64,000 nucleotides of DNA from Candidatus Bathyarchaeia archaeon (GTDB taxonomy: Archaea; Thermoproteota; Bathyarchaeia; Bathyarchaeales; Bathycorpusculaceae). This document shows positions 37,694 to 46,900 of this stretch, piece after piece. The notes below the pieces were generated by a model, which was given only the letters and a program-made list of their open reading frames with translations, had not been told where the DNA came from and searched no databases. Each line of letters opens with the position of its first letter. Within the stretch, counting starts at the first letter, position 1. The stretch spans positions 1-64,000 of the forward strand of contig JBEKOM010000002.1 of the NCBI GenBank assembly GCA_049521795.1, read 5' to 3'. The position numbers and the translations under genes were made by a program.

Positions 37694-38695
37694 CTATTTT
37701 ATCTTCTCGAAGTGAATGACGTAGACAAGCTGATCCTCATCCCATTCATTATGCGTTTTTTTCCACAGTTTCTTGAACTGCTCTAGAGTGTATCCGCCTT
37801 CTCTCCTCGCGTCTTCTTCATCAAAGTATTTCAAGCGTTTCCTTTCAACCGATGAGATTCGCAGGTCTGCAACGTGCGGTTCCCATATGGCCGCGCGAAC
37901 TACTGCGCCCGTCTTAATCTTGGGGTCAGGTACGCCTGTTCTGGAAGTCTGAGTTTTCATTCCCTTAAGCAGCGATTCCTTGTCGACTGCTTCAAACTGC
38001 ATCTCGTATGGGGCCTCCGCGACCTCTTGTATGACTTGCTCAACCGACTTTTCAGGCTCATGGGCCAACTTCTCGATAACCTGCGCTCTTTCATTCGCCG
38101 GAAGCCTCTTCTCTGCCAGCTTCTTGATCACTTCTACCCTCTTCTCAGGTTCTTCAACCGCCCGGCCCACCCTTACAGCTGTCAAATAATCTATCTTACC
38201 CTCAGGCACCTGCCCGGAAACCGTTGAAGGAGCCACATACTTCTGCGCTTCCTTCGGGACCACTTCAACCGTTCGCAGCCAAAGAGAGACAGCATCGCCG
38301 CTGACACCGATCTTCTTGGCTATCGCAGCCTGCGAAGGATATTTCTCGCCACAATTGTCTAAAAGATACCTGCAGACCTTTCCTTTTTCGATCGCACTGA
38401 GGTCCTCCCTTTGCACGTTCTCGATCAAGTTTAATTGCACAACTGCATCGTCACTGTAGTCTCTGACGATGACAGGAACCTTCACAAGTCCAGCCTGCTG
38501 CGAAGCCCTGTAGCGCCTTTCACCCAGGACTACTTCAAACTCGCCGTTCAACGGCCTGACGATAATAGGTTGAAGCAGGCCGACCTCTCTAATGCTGGCA
38601 GCAAGCTCGTTGAGGCGCTCTATGTTCACTTCCAACCTCGGGTTAAGCTTTGACGGATGAATCTTCTTGAGCTCGATCTCGGCGATAGCGGACAT
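37694..38695 (-). CDS. ParB/Spo0J N-terminal domain fused to a C-terminal ASCH domain
   Basis: NPR, GLLQPIIVR, GERRYRA, ENVQREDL, HTH; C-terminal GMKTQTSR...DARREG...VYVIHF. Confidence 0.88.
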   Translation of the reverse strand: MSAIAEIELKKIHPSKLNPRLEVNIERLNELAASIREVGLLQPIIVRPLNGEFEVVLGERRYRASQQAGLVKVPVIVRDYSDDAVVQLNLIENVQREDLSAIEKGKVCRYLLDNCGEKYPSQAAIAKKIGVSGDAVSLWLRTVEVVPKEAQKYVAPSTVSGQVPEGKIDYLTAVRVGRAVEEPEKRVEVIKKLAEKRLPANERAQVIEKLAHEPEKSVEQVIQEVAEAPYEMQFEAVDKESLLKGMKTQTSRTGVPDPKIKTGAVVRAAIWEPHVADLRISSVERKRLKYFDEEDARREGGYTLEQFKKLWKKTHNEWDEDQLVYVIHFEKIK

Positions 38696-38786
38696 AACCT
38701 CTAACTCCCAAGTTTCGTATCTATTCGAGTCGACTTCACTATTTAAGAAGTTGCACTGACTGTTCGGTTCTGCATAGTGAACAGTT

Positions 38787-39250
38787 TTACAGACCTATCT
38801 GCGAAGCTGATTTCTTCAACCCGCTTAGTGATATGTCAAAGAACTTCTCCCTGGGTATCCCTATTTGCTCGCAAAAGAGTATCCTCTCCCTGTTCGCACC
38901 TCTTGCAAAGTCCTTGTCCCTGAACTTTTTGGTGACAGATTCGACCCTAACGTCTGCCAGCTTTTTCGAAGGCATGACTAGGGCGCAGGCAATGAGTAGA
39001 CCTGAAACCGCGTCAGCAGCGATCAAGGCTTTCTCCATTTTCGTTTCAGGCTTAACGGCTGTGTGCTCAAAGTTATGAGCCTTGGCCACCCTTATCACAT
39101 CTCCGCTTACGGACTCTTTCAACATGTCTTCAGCCAAAAGACTGTGACGTTCGGGTGTCGCCTCAGTTCTTTCGTAGTCCACATCGTGAAGCAAGCCTGT
39201 CAGCCCCCACTTTTCCTTGTCTTCCGCGACGTACGTGGCCAATTTTGACA
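38787..39250 (-). pseudogene. HD-domain (HDIG-type) protein, apparently 5'-truncated
   Basis: EDKEKWGLTGLLHDVDYE, AHN, ADAVSG, KDFARGANRE present; the first helix and first His are missing. Confidence 0.6.
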
Positions 39251-39293
39251 AAGTATATAATGGTGCTGAGCGCCCTCTTGCTTTTGTTGATGG

Positions 39294-40385
39294 GTGCGAA
39301 CCCTTTTGTCTGCACCGAAGCACAAGTTTACTTGGAAAACTCTGCTGCCGATCATTGGACTAGTCGCCTTCTTCGTCTACATCTACGTTTTCAACGTTGA
39401 CATCCAAGAGATAATCGTAAAAGTCCAGCAGACTAACCCCTACTACTACGTTCTAGCAGCAATAGCATCCGTTCTTGACATAGTGTTTTTCACTCTGGCT
39501 TGGCATTCCTTGCTCGGGTTCCTTTCAGTGAAGCTTTCAATCTTCAAATCATTCGCCTTCGTTTGGGCAGGGATATTCGTCGACACGCTGATCCCCGCAG
39601 AGTCCGTCAGCGGGGAAATCACGAAGATCTACCTGGTAAACAGGGAGCAAAACGGAGCGGCAGGGGAAGCAACGGCCTCTGTTGTTGCACACAGACTTAT
39701 TGGGATGGGAATAAACATCGCAGCTTTGCTGGTGGGTGCGGGCCTTCTGCTGCTTGAGAGCCAGCTTTACGGAATTGTGCTGGGCCTCGTACTTTTTCTC
39801 ATCACTGCGATTTCCTTTCTCTTCATTCTGGTTCTTCTCCTATGCTTCAGAGAAAAGTGGACCTTCCGCATCGTTGACGGCTTGATCGGGTTTGCAGAGC
39901 GTATAAGCAGGGGGCATTGGAGATTGAAGAAGCTACGGGAACAAGTTGTTGATGTTCACAGGGCTTTTCACGTCGCAATCAAAGAATACGTGCACGCTCC
40001 GAGAACGCTGTTCATCGCCTCGGGTTCCACGGTGATTGCCTGGGCTCTGTCTATGTCGGTGCTCTATCTCACGTTAGTGTCCATTGGATATCCTCAAATA
40101 AGTTTGAGTGCGATACTAGTGATCTCCGCGATCTTTGTAGCTGTAAAGTCTGTTCCGATAGGAGTTCCGTTTGAAGTAGGCCTGCCGGAAATAACCCTAA
40201 CAACGCTGCTTGTCTTTTTCGGGGTTCCTTGGACGATAGCCGCAACTGCCACGATTTTGATGCGTTTGTTAACGTTGTGGCTGAGGTTTTTCATAGGTTT
40301 CGGGGCACAACAATGGATAGGCGCGAAAGCTGTCATCACGAGCCAGAACGTTGAAACTGGCCCCGCACCAGACTGGAAAAGCTAA
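39294..40385 (+). CDS. Flippase-like membrane protein (LPG synthase TM / UPF0104)
   Basis: PAESVSGE, GLPE, RLLTLW; many TM helices. Confidence 0.88.
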   Translation: MRTLLSAPKHKFTWKTLLPIIGLVAFFVYIYVFNVDIQEIIVKVQQTNPYYYVLAAIASVLDIVFFTLAWHSLLGFLSVKLSIFKSFAFVWAGIFVDTLIPAESVSGEITKIYLVNREQNGAAGEATASVVAHRLIGMGINIAALLVGAGLLLLESQLYGIVLGLVLFLITAISFLFILVLLLCFREKWTFRIVDGLIGFAERISRGHWRLKKLREQVVDVHRAFHVAIKEYVHAPRTLFIASGSTVIAWALSMSVLYLTLVSIGYPQISLSAILVISAIFVAVKSVPIGVPFEVGLPEITLTTLLVFFGVPWTIAATATILMRLLTLWLRFFIGFGAQQWIGAKAVITSQNVETGPAPDWKS

Positions 40386-40421
40386 ATTTAACCTTGGAAT
40401 ACTCTTTCAAGATGCTAAGCC

Positions 40422-40874
40422 ATGACAGCGATAATAGAAGACGCTCAGATTAGACACCTCGACAGACTCTGTGAAATCGAAACCGAATGCTTCAGAGACG
40501 AGGCCTTCACCAAGGAGCAGATCCTTCAGCTGCTCAAGGAATACAACTGTGTAAACTTGGTCGCAAGAGTGGGTGGAATAATCGCCGGCTTCGTCATAGG
40601 CATGATGTACGTTGACAGGAAAGCCTTGTACGCACACATACTGACCATAGACGTGTCACCAGAGTACCGTCGAATGGGGATCGGTCAGATGCTCCTCCGA
40701 GAGATGGAGCGAATCTTTGAGGAGAAAGACGTTAAGGCTTCTCACCTTGAGGTCAGGGAAGACAACATCGCGGCTATCAACCTTTACAGAAAGTTGGGCT
40801 ACGAAAAGATCGGTGAACTTAGGAACTATTATGGTAACGCGAACGGCATATACTTTAAGAAGGTTTTAGCCTAG
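40422..40874 (+). CDS. rimI: RimI/Ard1-like N-acetyltransferase
   Basis: HILTIDVSPEYRRMGIG, LEVREDN, LYRKLGY, NYYG. Confidence 0.88.
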   Translation: MTAIIEDAQIRHLDRLCEIETECFRDEAFTKEQILQLLKEYNCVNLVARVGGIIAGFVIGMMYVDRKALYAHILTIDVSPEYRRMGIGQMLLREMERIFEEKDVKASHLEVREDNIAAINLYRKLGYEKIGELRNYYGNANGIYFKKVLA

Positions 40875-41288
40875 CTTTAGGAGTTTCAGCTTCGTTTTTT
40901 CATCATACTTTCTCCGCAAGTGCACGCCGGCGGCTTCGACCACGACCAGTTCTGCTGTCGGGCCAACGTGACAACCTTTCATCAAGTGGCCGCCATAAGC
41001 TTCACCCTTTTCGTTTGAAACAACGATGTGCGCGTGGACTATTGTTTCGCCTTTTTCATCAACAGCTACATTGCCCATACACGAAGCCACTTCCAGAGGG
41101 CCATCCAACCTTGTAGTTACGTACTCTCCTTCCTTGTAGCATCCGAGTACCGCGCACTTCAAGGCTCCGATGAGCATGAAGATTCCGGCCTTCACGCCAC
41201 TCTCATCTGCGTTTTTCTTAATGGATTCGGCCACGTCGTCATCTTCTTGCAGGCGCGAGAAGAAAAGCTTTCCACAATGTCCTTCCAA
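40866..41288 (-). CDS. DUF296 / PPC domain protein
   Basis: IGAL, EVASCMGN, HAHIVVS, GGHL. Confidence 0.9.
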   Translation of the reverse strand: MEGHCGKLFFSRLQEDDDVAESIKKNADESGVKAGIFMLIGALKCAVLGCYKEGEYVTTRLDGPLEVASCMGNVAVDEKGETIVHAHIVVSNEKGEAYGGHLMKGCHVGPTAELVVVEAAGVHLRRKYDEKTKLKLLKLG

Positions 41289-41441
41289 GAGACAATCGCC
41301 CCATCATTCTACGTGCTATCAATGCGCTTAAATTCTGAAACACAAACTCTAAAAGCGTTTCGTTCGTATATCATGAAAGTGTCGTGGGAAACTTTGTCTG
41401 CAAAAGAGAACGGTGATGGGCGAAACTTTGTCAAGGCAATC

Positions 41442-41657
41442 GTGATTCTCATTCGGAACACGACTTGGAGATGCGGAAAGCTTGAGCGGCTGATAGTGAG
41501 GAATCTCTGCAGGAGGCGTGCAGGTTTGGGAAAAGCCGGAATGCCCATCATGGAGATGATTCAAAGCTTCAGGTTAGGTGGTAAGAAGAAGAGCGAGTTC
41601 TTGGACGCTTTGAAGAGGCTAGAGAGAAGGAATATAGTAAGAATATCGATGATTTGA
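41442..41657 (+). CDS. Possible small winged-helix-like protein
   Basis: 3' part of the 41028-41657 ORF: GKLERLIV...EFLDALKRLERRNIVRI; start uncertain. Confidence 0.4.
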   Translation: MILIRNTTWRCGKLERLIVRNLCRRRAGLGKAGMPIMEMIQSFRLGGKKKSEFLDALKRLERRNIVRISMI

Positions 41658-41680
41658 GCTTGAGAGGTTTCGCTGAAGCC

Positions 41681-42190
41681 TTAACGGGGCTTTTCAACGA
41701 TTCCCTTAGCGTTTTCGATCCATTTGCCGGTGATCTTGGGCGAGATTTTGAGTTTCGTGGCCAAGTCTTTTGCTGAGGCTGTTGCCAAGTCTTCAACCGT
41801 GCTTACGCCTAGGGTTCTCAATTGCTCTGCTCGTTTCTCTCCGATCCCCTTGACCTCCAACAATCCTGCTGACGGAGGTTTGACTTCGACCACAGGTTCA
41901 GCTTGAACAACAGGTTCAGGCCTTGTTTCCACAGGTTTCTTCTCTTCCACGACTTCCGTGACCTTTGGCGTCGGTGCTGCAACCACGGAGGGTGGGGGTG
42001 GAGCAACCGCTATTTGTGTTGTGACTGCCCGTTTCGGTCTCAGTGTGTAGCCCAATCCGATGAAGACAAATCCGAAGACGACAGGTGTTACTGTCCACAA
42101 TGGCTGTGTGGCTATGTAGGCCGCCGCCGAAACACCGGAGATGATGAAGCATATTATTGCAACCGCGTATAGTGCATAGTCTGAGCGCAT
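41681..42190 (-). CDS. Membrane-anchored helix-hairpin-helix protein
   Basis: 2 TM helices, Pro-rich linker, VKGIGEKRAEQLRTLGVSTVEDLA. Confidence 0.85.
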   Translation of the reverse strand: MRSDYALYAVAIICFIISGVSAAAYIATQPLWTVTPVVFGFVFIGLGYTLRPKRAVTTQIAVAPPPPSVVAAPTPKVTEVVEEKKPVETRPEPVVQAEPVVEVKPPSAGLLEVKGIGEKRAEQLRTLGVSTVEDLATASAKDLATKLKISPKITGKWIENAKGIVEKPR

Positions 42191-42303
42191 GTAGTTTTCT
42201 CCAGCTATCTATCTTCTATGGAAGTGTTTAAATAATTTTCTACATTCATCGTGTAAAAAAGGGAGAATTTAGGCTTATTTATGATTATCCTTCGTGCGAG
42301 GGT

Positions 42304-43689
42304 TTACTTGCCGAGCAGCTTGTCCTCCGGCGGCATCGGCTTGATTAGGCCCTGTTTCATGAGCGCTCTGAGCGATTCGCGAGCATTCTGGATTATCGCA
42401 ACAGCTCTGTCGTAGAGCTCTTTCCTGCTTGGTTTAATTCTTGCCACTCCCTCGTCTATGGATTTCAGCGCGCAGGCTACTGCTTCGCGTGGGAAGACTT
42501 CCCACTCCTCCATCCTTGGAAGGATATCTTTTTCATGCATTCCGCGTTCTTCAGCGAACCTGGCAAGCTCTTGGGCTGCGGCGATGCACATGTCATCCGT
42601 GATGGTTTTTGCCCTGACATCGAGCACGCCTCGGAATATCCCTGGAAATCCTAGGCTGTTGTTGACTTGGTTAGGAAAGTCGCTTCTTCCTGTTGCCACG
42701 ATTCGGGCTCCCGCCTCTTCAGCTTCCCAGGGCCATATTTCGGGTACCGGGTTTGCGCAAGCAAAGACTACCGAATTGTCAGCCATGGTCTTTATCCACT
42801 CTTTCTTGATCGTGCCGGGCCCTGGCTTTGACGCGGCTACCACGGCATCAGCACCCTTGAAGGCTTCCTCTATGCTGCCTGTCCTGTGTTCCGCGTTTGT
42901 CTTCTGCGCCAACTCGTACTTCCACGGGTCTTCGCTCTTGACCACGTCTTTCCTGCCCGGGTACAGTAGACCTTTCGTGTCCACGAGCATGATGTTTCCA
43001 GGCTTTATTCCCCACCTTATCAGAACGAATGCGGTCCGCAGGTTCGCAGAACCCGCACCTACCAGAGTTATCAAGGTCTTCTTCGGATCCTTGCCGACAA
43101 TCTTGAACGCGTTCATCAAGCCTGCCAGGATCACCGTCGCCGTTCCCTGCTGGTCGTCATGCCAAACTGGGATTTGCAGCCGTTCTCTTGCCTTCTCAAG
43201 AACGTGGAAACACTTCGGCTTCTCTATGTCTTCCAGGTTTATACCGCCGAACGTCGGCTCAATAAGCTCACACGTCCTGATTATTTCCTCAGGGTCCTTC
43301 GTCCTGAGACAGATCGGAAAGGCGTCCACCCCGCCTAAGTACTTGAAAAGTAGGGCTTTTCCCTCCATCACTGGCAATCCAGCTTCTGGACCTATGTCAC
43401 CCAGTCCCAGCACCCGCGTTCCATCCGACACGACGGCCGTGAAGTTCCAACGGTTCGTGAGCTCGAAAGACTTGTCTCGGTCTGCTTGGATCTCCCTGCA
43501 CACAGCGGCCACGCCCGGCGTGTACCAAATGGCAAAATCATTCGCGCTTGCGACGGCGCATTTGGGCATTATCTGCACTTTCCCTTCATAGAACCTGTGC
43601 AATGGCGGAGCTAGCATTGCAGGTTTTTTCGCCTTCGCCAACAGTTCTTCTACGGTTAGTTTGACTTCTTTGCCTTTTGGTTTAGACAT
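42304..43689 (-). CDS. NAD(P)-dependent malic enzyme
   Basis: YTPGVA, DGTRVLGLGDIG, MEGKA, LEDI, HDDQQGT, GAGSA, ANPVPE, NQVNN. Confidence 0.95.
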   Translation of the reverse strand: MSKPKGKEVKLTVEELLAKAKKPAMLAPPLHRFYEGKVQIMPKCAVASANDFAIWYTPGVAAVCREIQADRDKSFELTNRWNFTAVVSDGTRVLGLGDIGPEAGLPVMEGKALLFKYLGGVDAFPICLRTKDPEEIIRTCELIEPTFGGINLEDIEKPKCFHVLEKARERLQIPVWHDDQQGTATVILAGLMNAFKIVGKDPKKTLITLVGAGSANLRTAFVLIRWGIKPGNIMLVDTKGLLYPGRKDVVKSEDPWKYELAQKTNAEHRTGSIEEAFKGADAVVAASKPGPGTIKKEWIKTMADNSVVFACANPVPEIWPWEAEEAGARIVATGRSDFPNQVNNSLGFPGIFRGVLDVRAKTITDDMCIAAAQELARFAEERGMHEKDILPRMEEWEVFPREAVACALKSIDEGVARIKPSRKELYDRAVAIIQNARESLRALMKQGLIKPMPPEDKLLGK

Positions 43690-43941
43690 CTCTACCTTCT
43701 CCTCTGATGGAAATTGTTGTCTTCTTGCAAAAGCTTTAAAGATTGTGGTTGACTTGACGAGAAGCTACGTAGAAGGTTTCGTAGTCTTCATTCATTTAAC
43801 GAGAAGAGTCTGCTTGTTCGATTTTGGACCGACTTTAAAAATACTCTGTCTGAGTCACAAGCTCTTTTTCGACCGCGAACGCGGCAGCTTGTTTTTTTGG
43901 TTAAAGAAAATAGTGGAGGATGCCTAAATCGTGGGTCCCGT

Positions 43942-44439
43942 CTAGTAGCGTCTTTGTCGGTAGCCGCCTCGTCTGTCTCGTCCGCCGAAGTCGCGTCTGC
44001 CGCCGCCGAAGTCTCTTCTGCCGCCTTCTCTGAACGGCCTTCTCGGCTGTTCGTACACTTGGGTTGACATGTTGTTTTCAGTGTTCACTTCGCCCGCAAT
44101 GGCTTGTTCCGCGATTTCCAGCGTGCCGTATCTTCCGATGTTCAGACGCATGTTGCCTCTGAACAGGTTTATGTAACCGTTCTTGACGTTTACCGTGTCT
44201 CCATCTTTGACTTTCTCAATGTTGTCATCCCAGAGTGTCAGGTAAATGCATCCTGTCTCGTCTCCGACCATGGCGTCGCTCACTTTGTGCGGCTCTCCGT
44301 CTCTTCCGGCCGCAACGTTTCTGACTTCGCTCTTAGACAAGACCTTTGCCAGCACGTTAACGGCTCTGGAAGAGGGGTTTAGTTCGCCCACTTTCGCGTC
44401 TACGGGTGTTCTAGCTCCGGTAAAACCTTCAACTGCCAA
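43942..44439 (-). CDS. ssb: Single-OB-fold ssDNA-binding protein with Gly/Arg-rich tail
   Basis: VGDETGCIYLTLWD, NGY, LNIGRYG; tail GGRRDFGGGRRDFGG. Confidence 0.88.
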   Translation of the reverse strand: MAVEGFTGARTPVDAKVGELNPSSRAVNVLAKVLSKSEVRNVAAGRDGEPHKVSDAMVGDETGCIYLTLWDDNIEKVKDGDTVNVKNGYINLFRGNMRLNIGRYGTLEIAEQAIAGEVNTENNMSTQVYEQPRRPFREGGRRDFGGGRRDFGGRDRRGGYRQRRY

Positions 44440-44995
44440 GCTCTTTCAACATCCTATTTTTTCGACGATTCAACCATAACAAAATAACCACACTTAAGGC
44501 TTTTGGTCGGCACAATCGTCTATTCTGAAAGCCAATTCCATGGTCTGTATACAAAAGCATCAACGGATTCACTGATCTTTCCCAACTGCACGCCTGAAAG
44601 CTACCAAGACTGAAAGAGCATTAGCAACGAGTACTGAACTTTGGTAGTTTGTTGAGAACTCTTGAGTTTCGGACCTTTACCTCCACTTCATACGTTAGCT
44701 AAGCTGTGTTGAATGCGACGAGTTTTTCTTTCAAGAGGCCTAAGTAGGCTAGAACGAATGCCTTGCCTCCCAGGGTCAGCGCGTAAACTGGGATGGTAAC
44801 GCACACTTGAAGAAGGGAGTGGGGGGCGATTTCTTTTCGAAGTGTTTTCGAAGCACTTGCACAAGACACACAGCTTGCGTATTAGGTGGTCTTGAGAACG
44901 TTCGGGTTTGGTGAAGGTTTCTTGTGAAAAATGCTTTGAAAAAGAAGGGAATTCTACGTGTCAAGCGATAAAGTGACTGACAGGGCGAATGTTGT

Positions 44996-45292
44996 CTATT
45001 TTTGCTGTTCTTTGTTGGTCATTTCGTTTATCTGTTGTTCCATCGTGTGACCGCGGCAGTAAATTAATGCATTCTTGACTCCGGACACCTTGAGTGCAGC
45101 ATTCTTGATGTCGCTTGCAAGCTTGAAGGCTATTGGGCAGAAGGGGCTTGAGGGAACGAACTCGACCTTTACGACGCCAGTTTCCTCTTCTTTGACGTTG
45201 GTAATCATCTGCATCTCTGCAAACGACATGCCGGTCTCTGGGTCGACAACCTGGCCTACGGCTTCACGGACCTTTTCCTCCAACTCCGTCAA
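44996..45292 (-). CDS. DUF59/MIP18 Fe-S cluster assembly protein
   Basis: VVDPETG, SSPFCP. Confidence 0.88.
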   Translation of the reverse strand: MTELEEKVREAVGQVVDPETGMSFAEMQMITNVKEEETGVVKVEFVPSSPFCPIAFKLASDIKNAALKVSGVKNALIYCRGHTMEQQINEMTNKEQQK

Positions 45293-45355
45293 ACTCGTGC
45301 ACTTCCCTTTGTTTTGGTACGGATCAGGTCAGGGCCGTCATATATACGTGTTGTA

Positions 45356-46900
45356 TTAACTCGTTGTTTTTGTCCTTTGTCTTGTCAAGTGCATGCGCCA
45401 GCTCAAAGTCATGGTGCTAGGATGGGACGCTTTAACTTCGTCCAGACGCGAGACAGCGGTGTTGTGCGGCGCTTTGAGGACGACATCAGGGTGTGCGTAT
45501 GCCTCTTCGCAGATTTTTTGCATCGTGTCAGCGAACCGGTCTATTTCCTCCTTCTCGAAGGTTTCTGTTGGTTCGATCATTAACGCCTCATCCACAATGA
45601 GGGGAAAATAGACCGTCGGCGCGTGCAGACCGTAGTCAAGTAGGCGCTTTGCTATGTTTAAGGCTGAAACGCCAGTGTCGTCTTTCAAAGGCTTGGCGCT
45701 CAAGACGCATTCATGCTTTCTCAGCTTTTCGGTGTCGTATGGGAGAGCCAGGCCTTTGATCCGACTCAGCTTCTTCATTAGGTAATTAGCGTTCAATGCC
45801 GAGACTTCGGCTACTTCCGTCAGTCCTTCAAGACCCATGCTAAGCACGTAGGCATAAGCCCTAAGCAGGACTGCGACGTTTCCGTAGAAGCCTCTGATCT
45901 TTCCAATGGTTCGTGGTCTTTCATAGTCCAAGTGGTACCGCTTTCCATCGTAAACTATTCGTGGAACCGGCAGAAAATCAGCCAAGTCTTTCGACACACC
46001 GACTGGACCTGCTCCGGGACCGCCTCCCCCGTGAGGTGTGCTGAAAGTCTTATGGATGTTGATGTGAACAATATCAAAGCCCATGTCGCCTGGTCTGACC
46101 TTGCCGAGCAGCGGGTTGAGGTTTGCACCGTCATAATAAAGGAGACCCCCTGCGTCATGGACAACCTGGGCTATTTCTTCAATGTCCTTTTCGAATATTC
46201 CGAGAGTGTTGGGGTTGGTAAGCATCAAGCCTGCCGTTTTATTCGACGCGACTGACTTGAGGGCCTCCAAATCTATGCAACCGTCAGCGCCTGATGGGAG
46301 AACTACTACGTTGAAGCCAGCCATTGCCGCGCTCGCAGGGTTCGTCCCATGTGCAGAGTCAGGAACGATCAATTCTGTCCTCTTTTCGCACTCACCGTTC
46401 GATTTTACGCACGCATGCATCAACAGCGTACCGAGAAGCTCACCGTGAGCTCCTGCAGCGGGCTGCAGACAGACCTCGTGTGTTCCTGTTATCTCACTGA
46501 GCCAACGTTCAAGGTTGAACAGAATCTCCAGAATGCCCTGCACTGTGCTTTCTTCCTGATACGGGTGGATCATTCCCAGCGCGGGCGAGTTTGCCAGCAG
46601 CTCGTTGATTTTCGGATTGTACTTCATGGTGCAGCTTCCTAGCGGATAGAACCCTGAGTCAACACCATAATTCATCTCAGACAAATGCAAAAAGTGCCTG
46701 TTAACCTCGACCTCAGAAAGCTCCGGAAGACCAAGCTTGCTATTCCTCTGCATGTTTCTTGGTAGAAGCGCGTTAAGATCACCTACAGCTTCTCTAATTT
46801 CGTCTTCGACAGCTGGAAGGACGTGCCCTCTCCGTCCCTTCTTTCCGAGGTTGAAGATAACCGGCTCATTCCAGTTTGCTTGTTTGTACATGGTTTTCAT
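45356..46900 (-). CDS. gcvPB: Glycine dehydrogenase (decarboxylating) subunit 2
   Basis: PLGSCTMKYNP, AHGTNPAS, NIHKTFSTPHGGGGPG, IEPTE. Confidence 0.96.
   Translation of the reverse strand: MKTMYKQANWNEPVIFNLGKKGRRGHVLPAVEDEIREAVGDLNALLPRNMQRNSKLGLPELSEVEVNRHFLHLSEMNYGVDSGFYPLGSCTMKYNPKINELLANSPALGMIHPYQEESTVQGILEILFNLERWLSEITGTHEVCLQPAAGAHGELLGTLLMHACVKSNGECEKRTELIVPDSAHGTNPASAAMAGFNVVVLPSGADGCIDLEALKSVASNKTAGLMLTNPNTLGIFEKDIEEIAQVVHDAGGLLYYDGANLNPLLGKVRPGDMGFDIVHINIHKTFSTPHGGGGPGAGPVGVSKDLADFLPVPRIVYDGKRYHLDYERPRTIGKIRGFYGNVAVLLRAYAYVLSMGLEGLTEVAEVSALNANYLMKKLSRIKGLALPYDTEKLRKHECVLSAKPLKDDTGVSALNIAKRLLDYGLHAPTVYFPLIVDEALMIEPTETFEKEEIDRFADTMQKICEEAYAHPDVVLKAPHNTAVSRLDEVKASHPSTMTLSWRMHLTRQRTKTTS

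Noticed and set aside
42458-43591. 377-aa ORF antisense to malic enzyme, and other long shadow ORFs (31583, 33183, 62289)
   Set aside because: Antisense shadows of well-supported genes, with no motifs.
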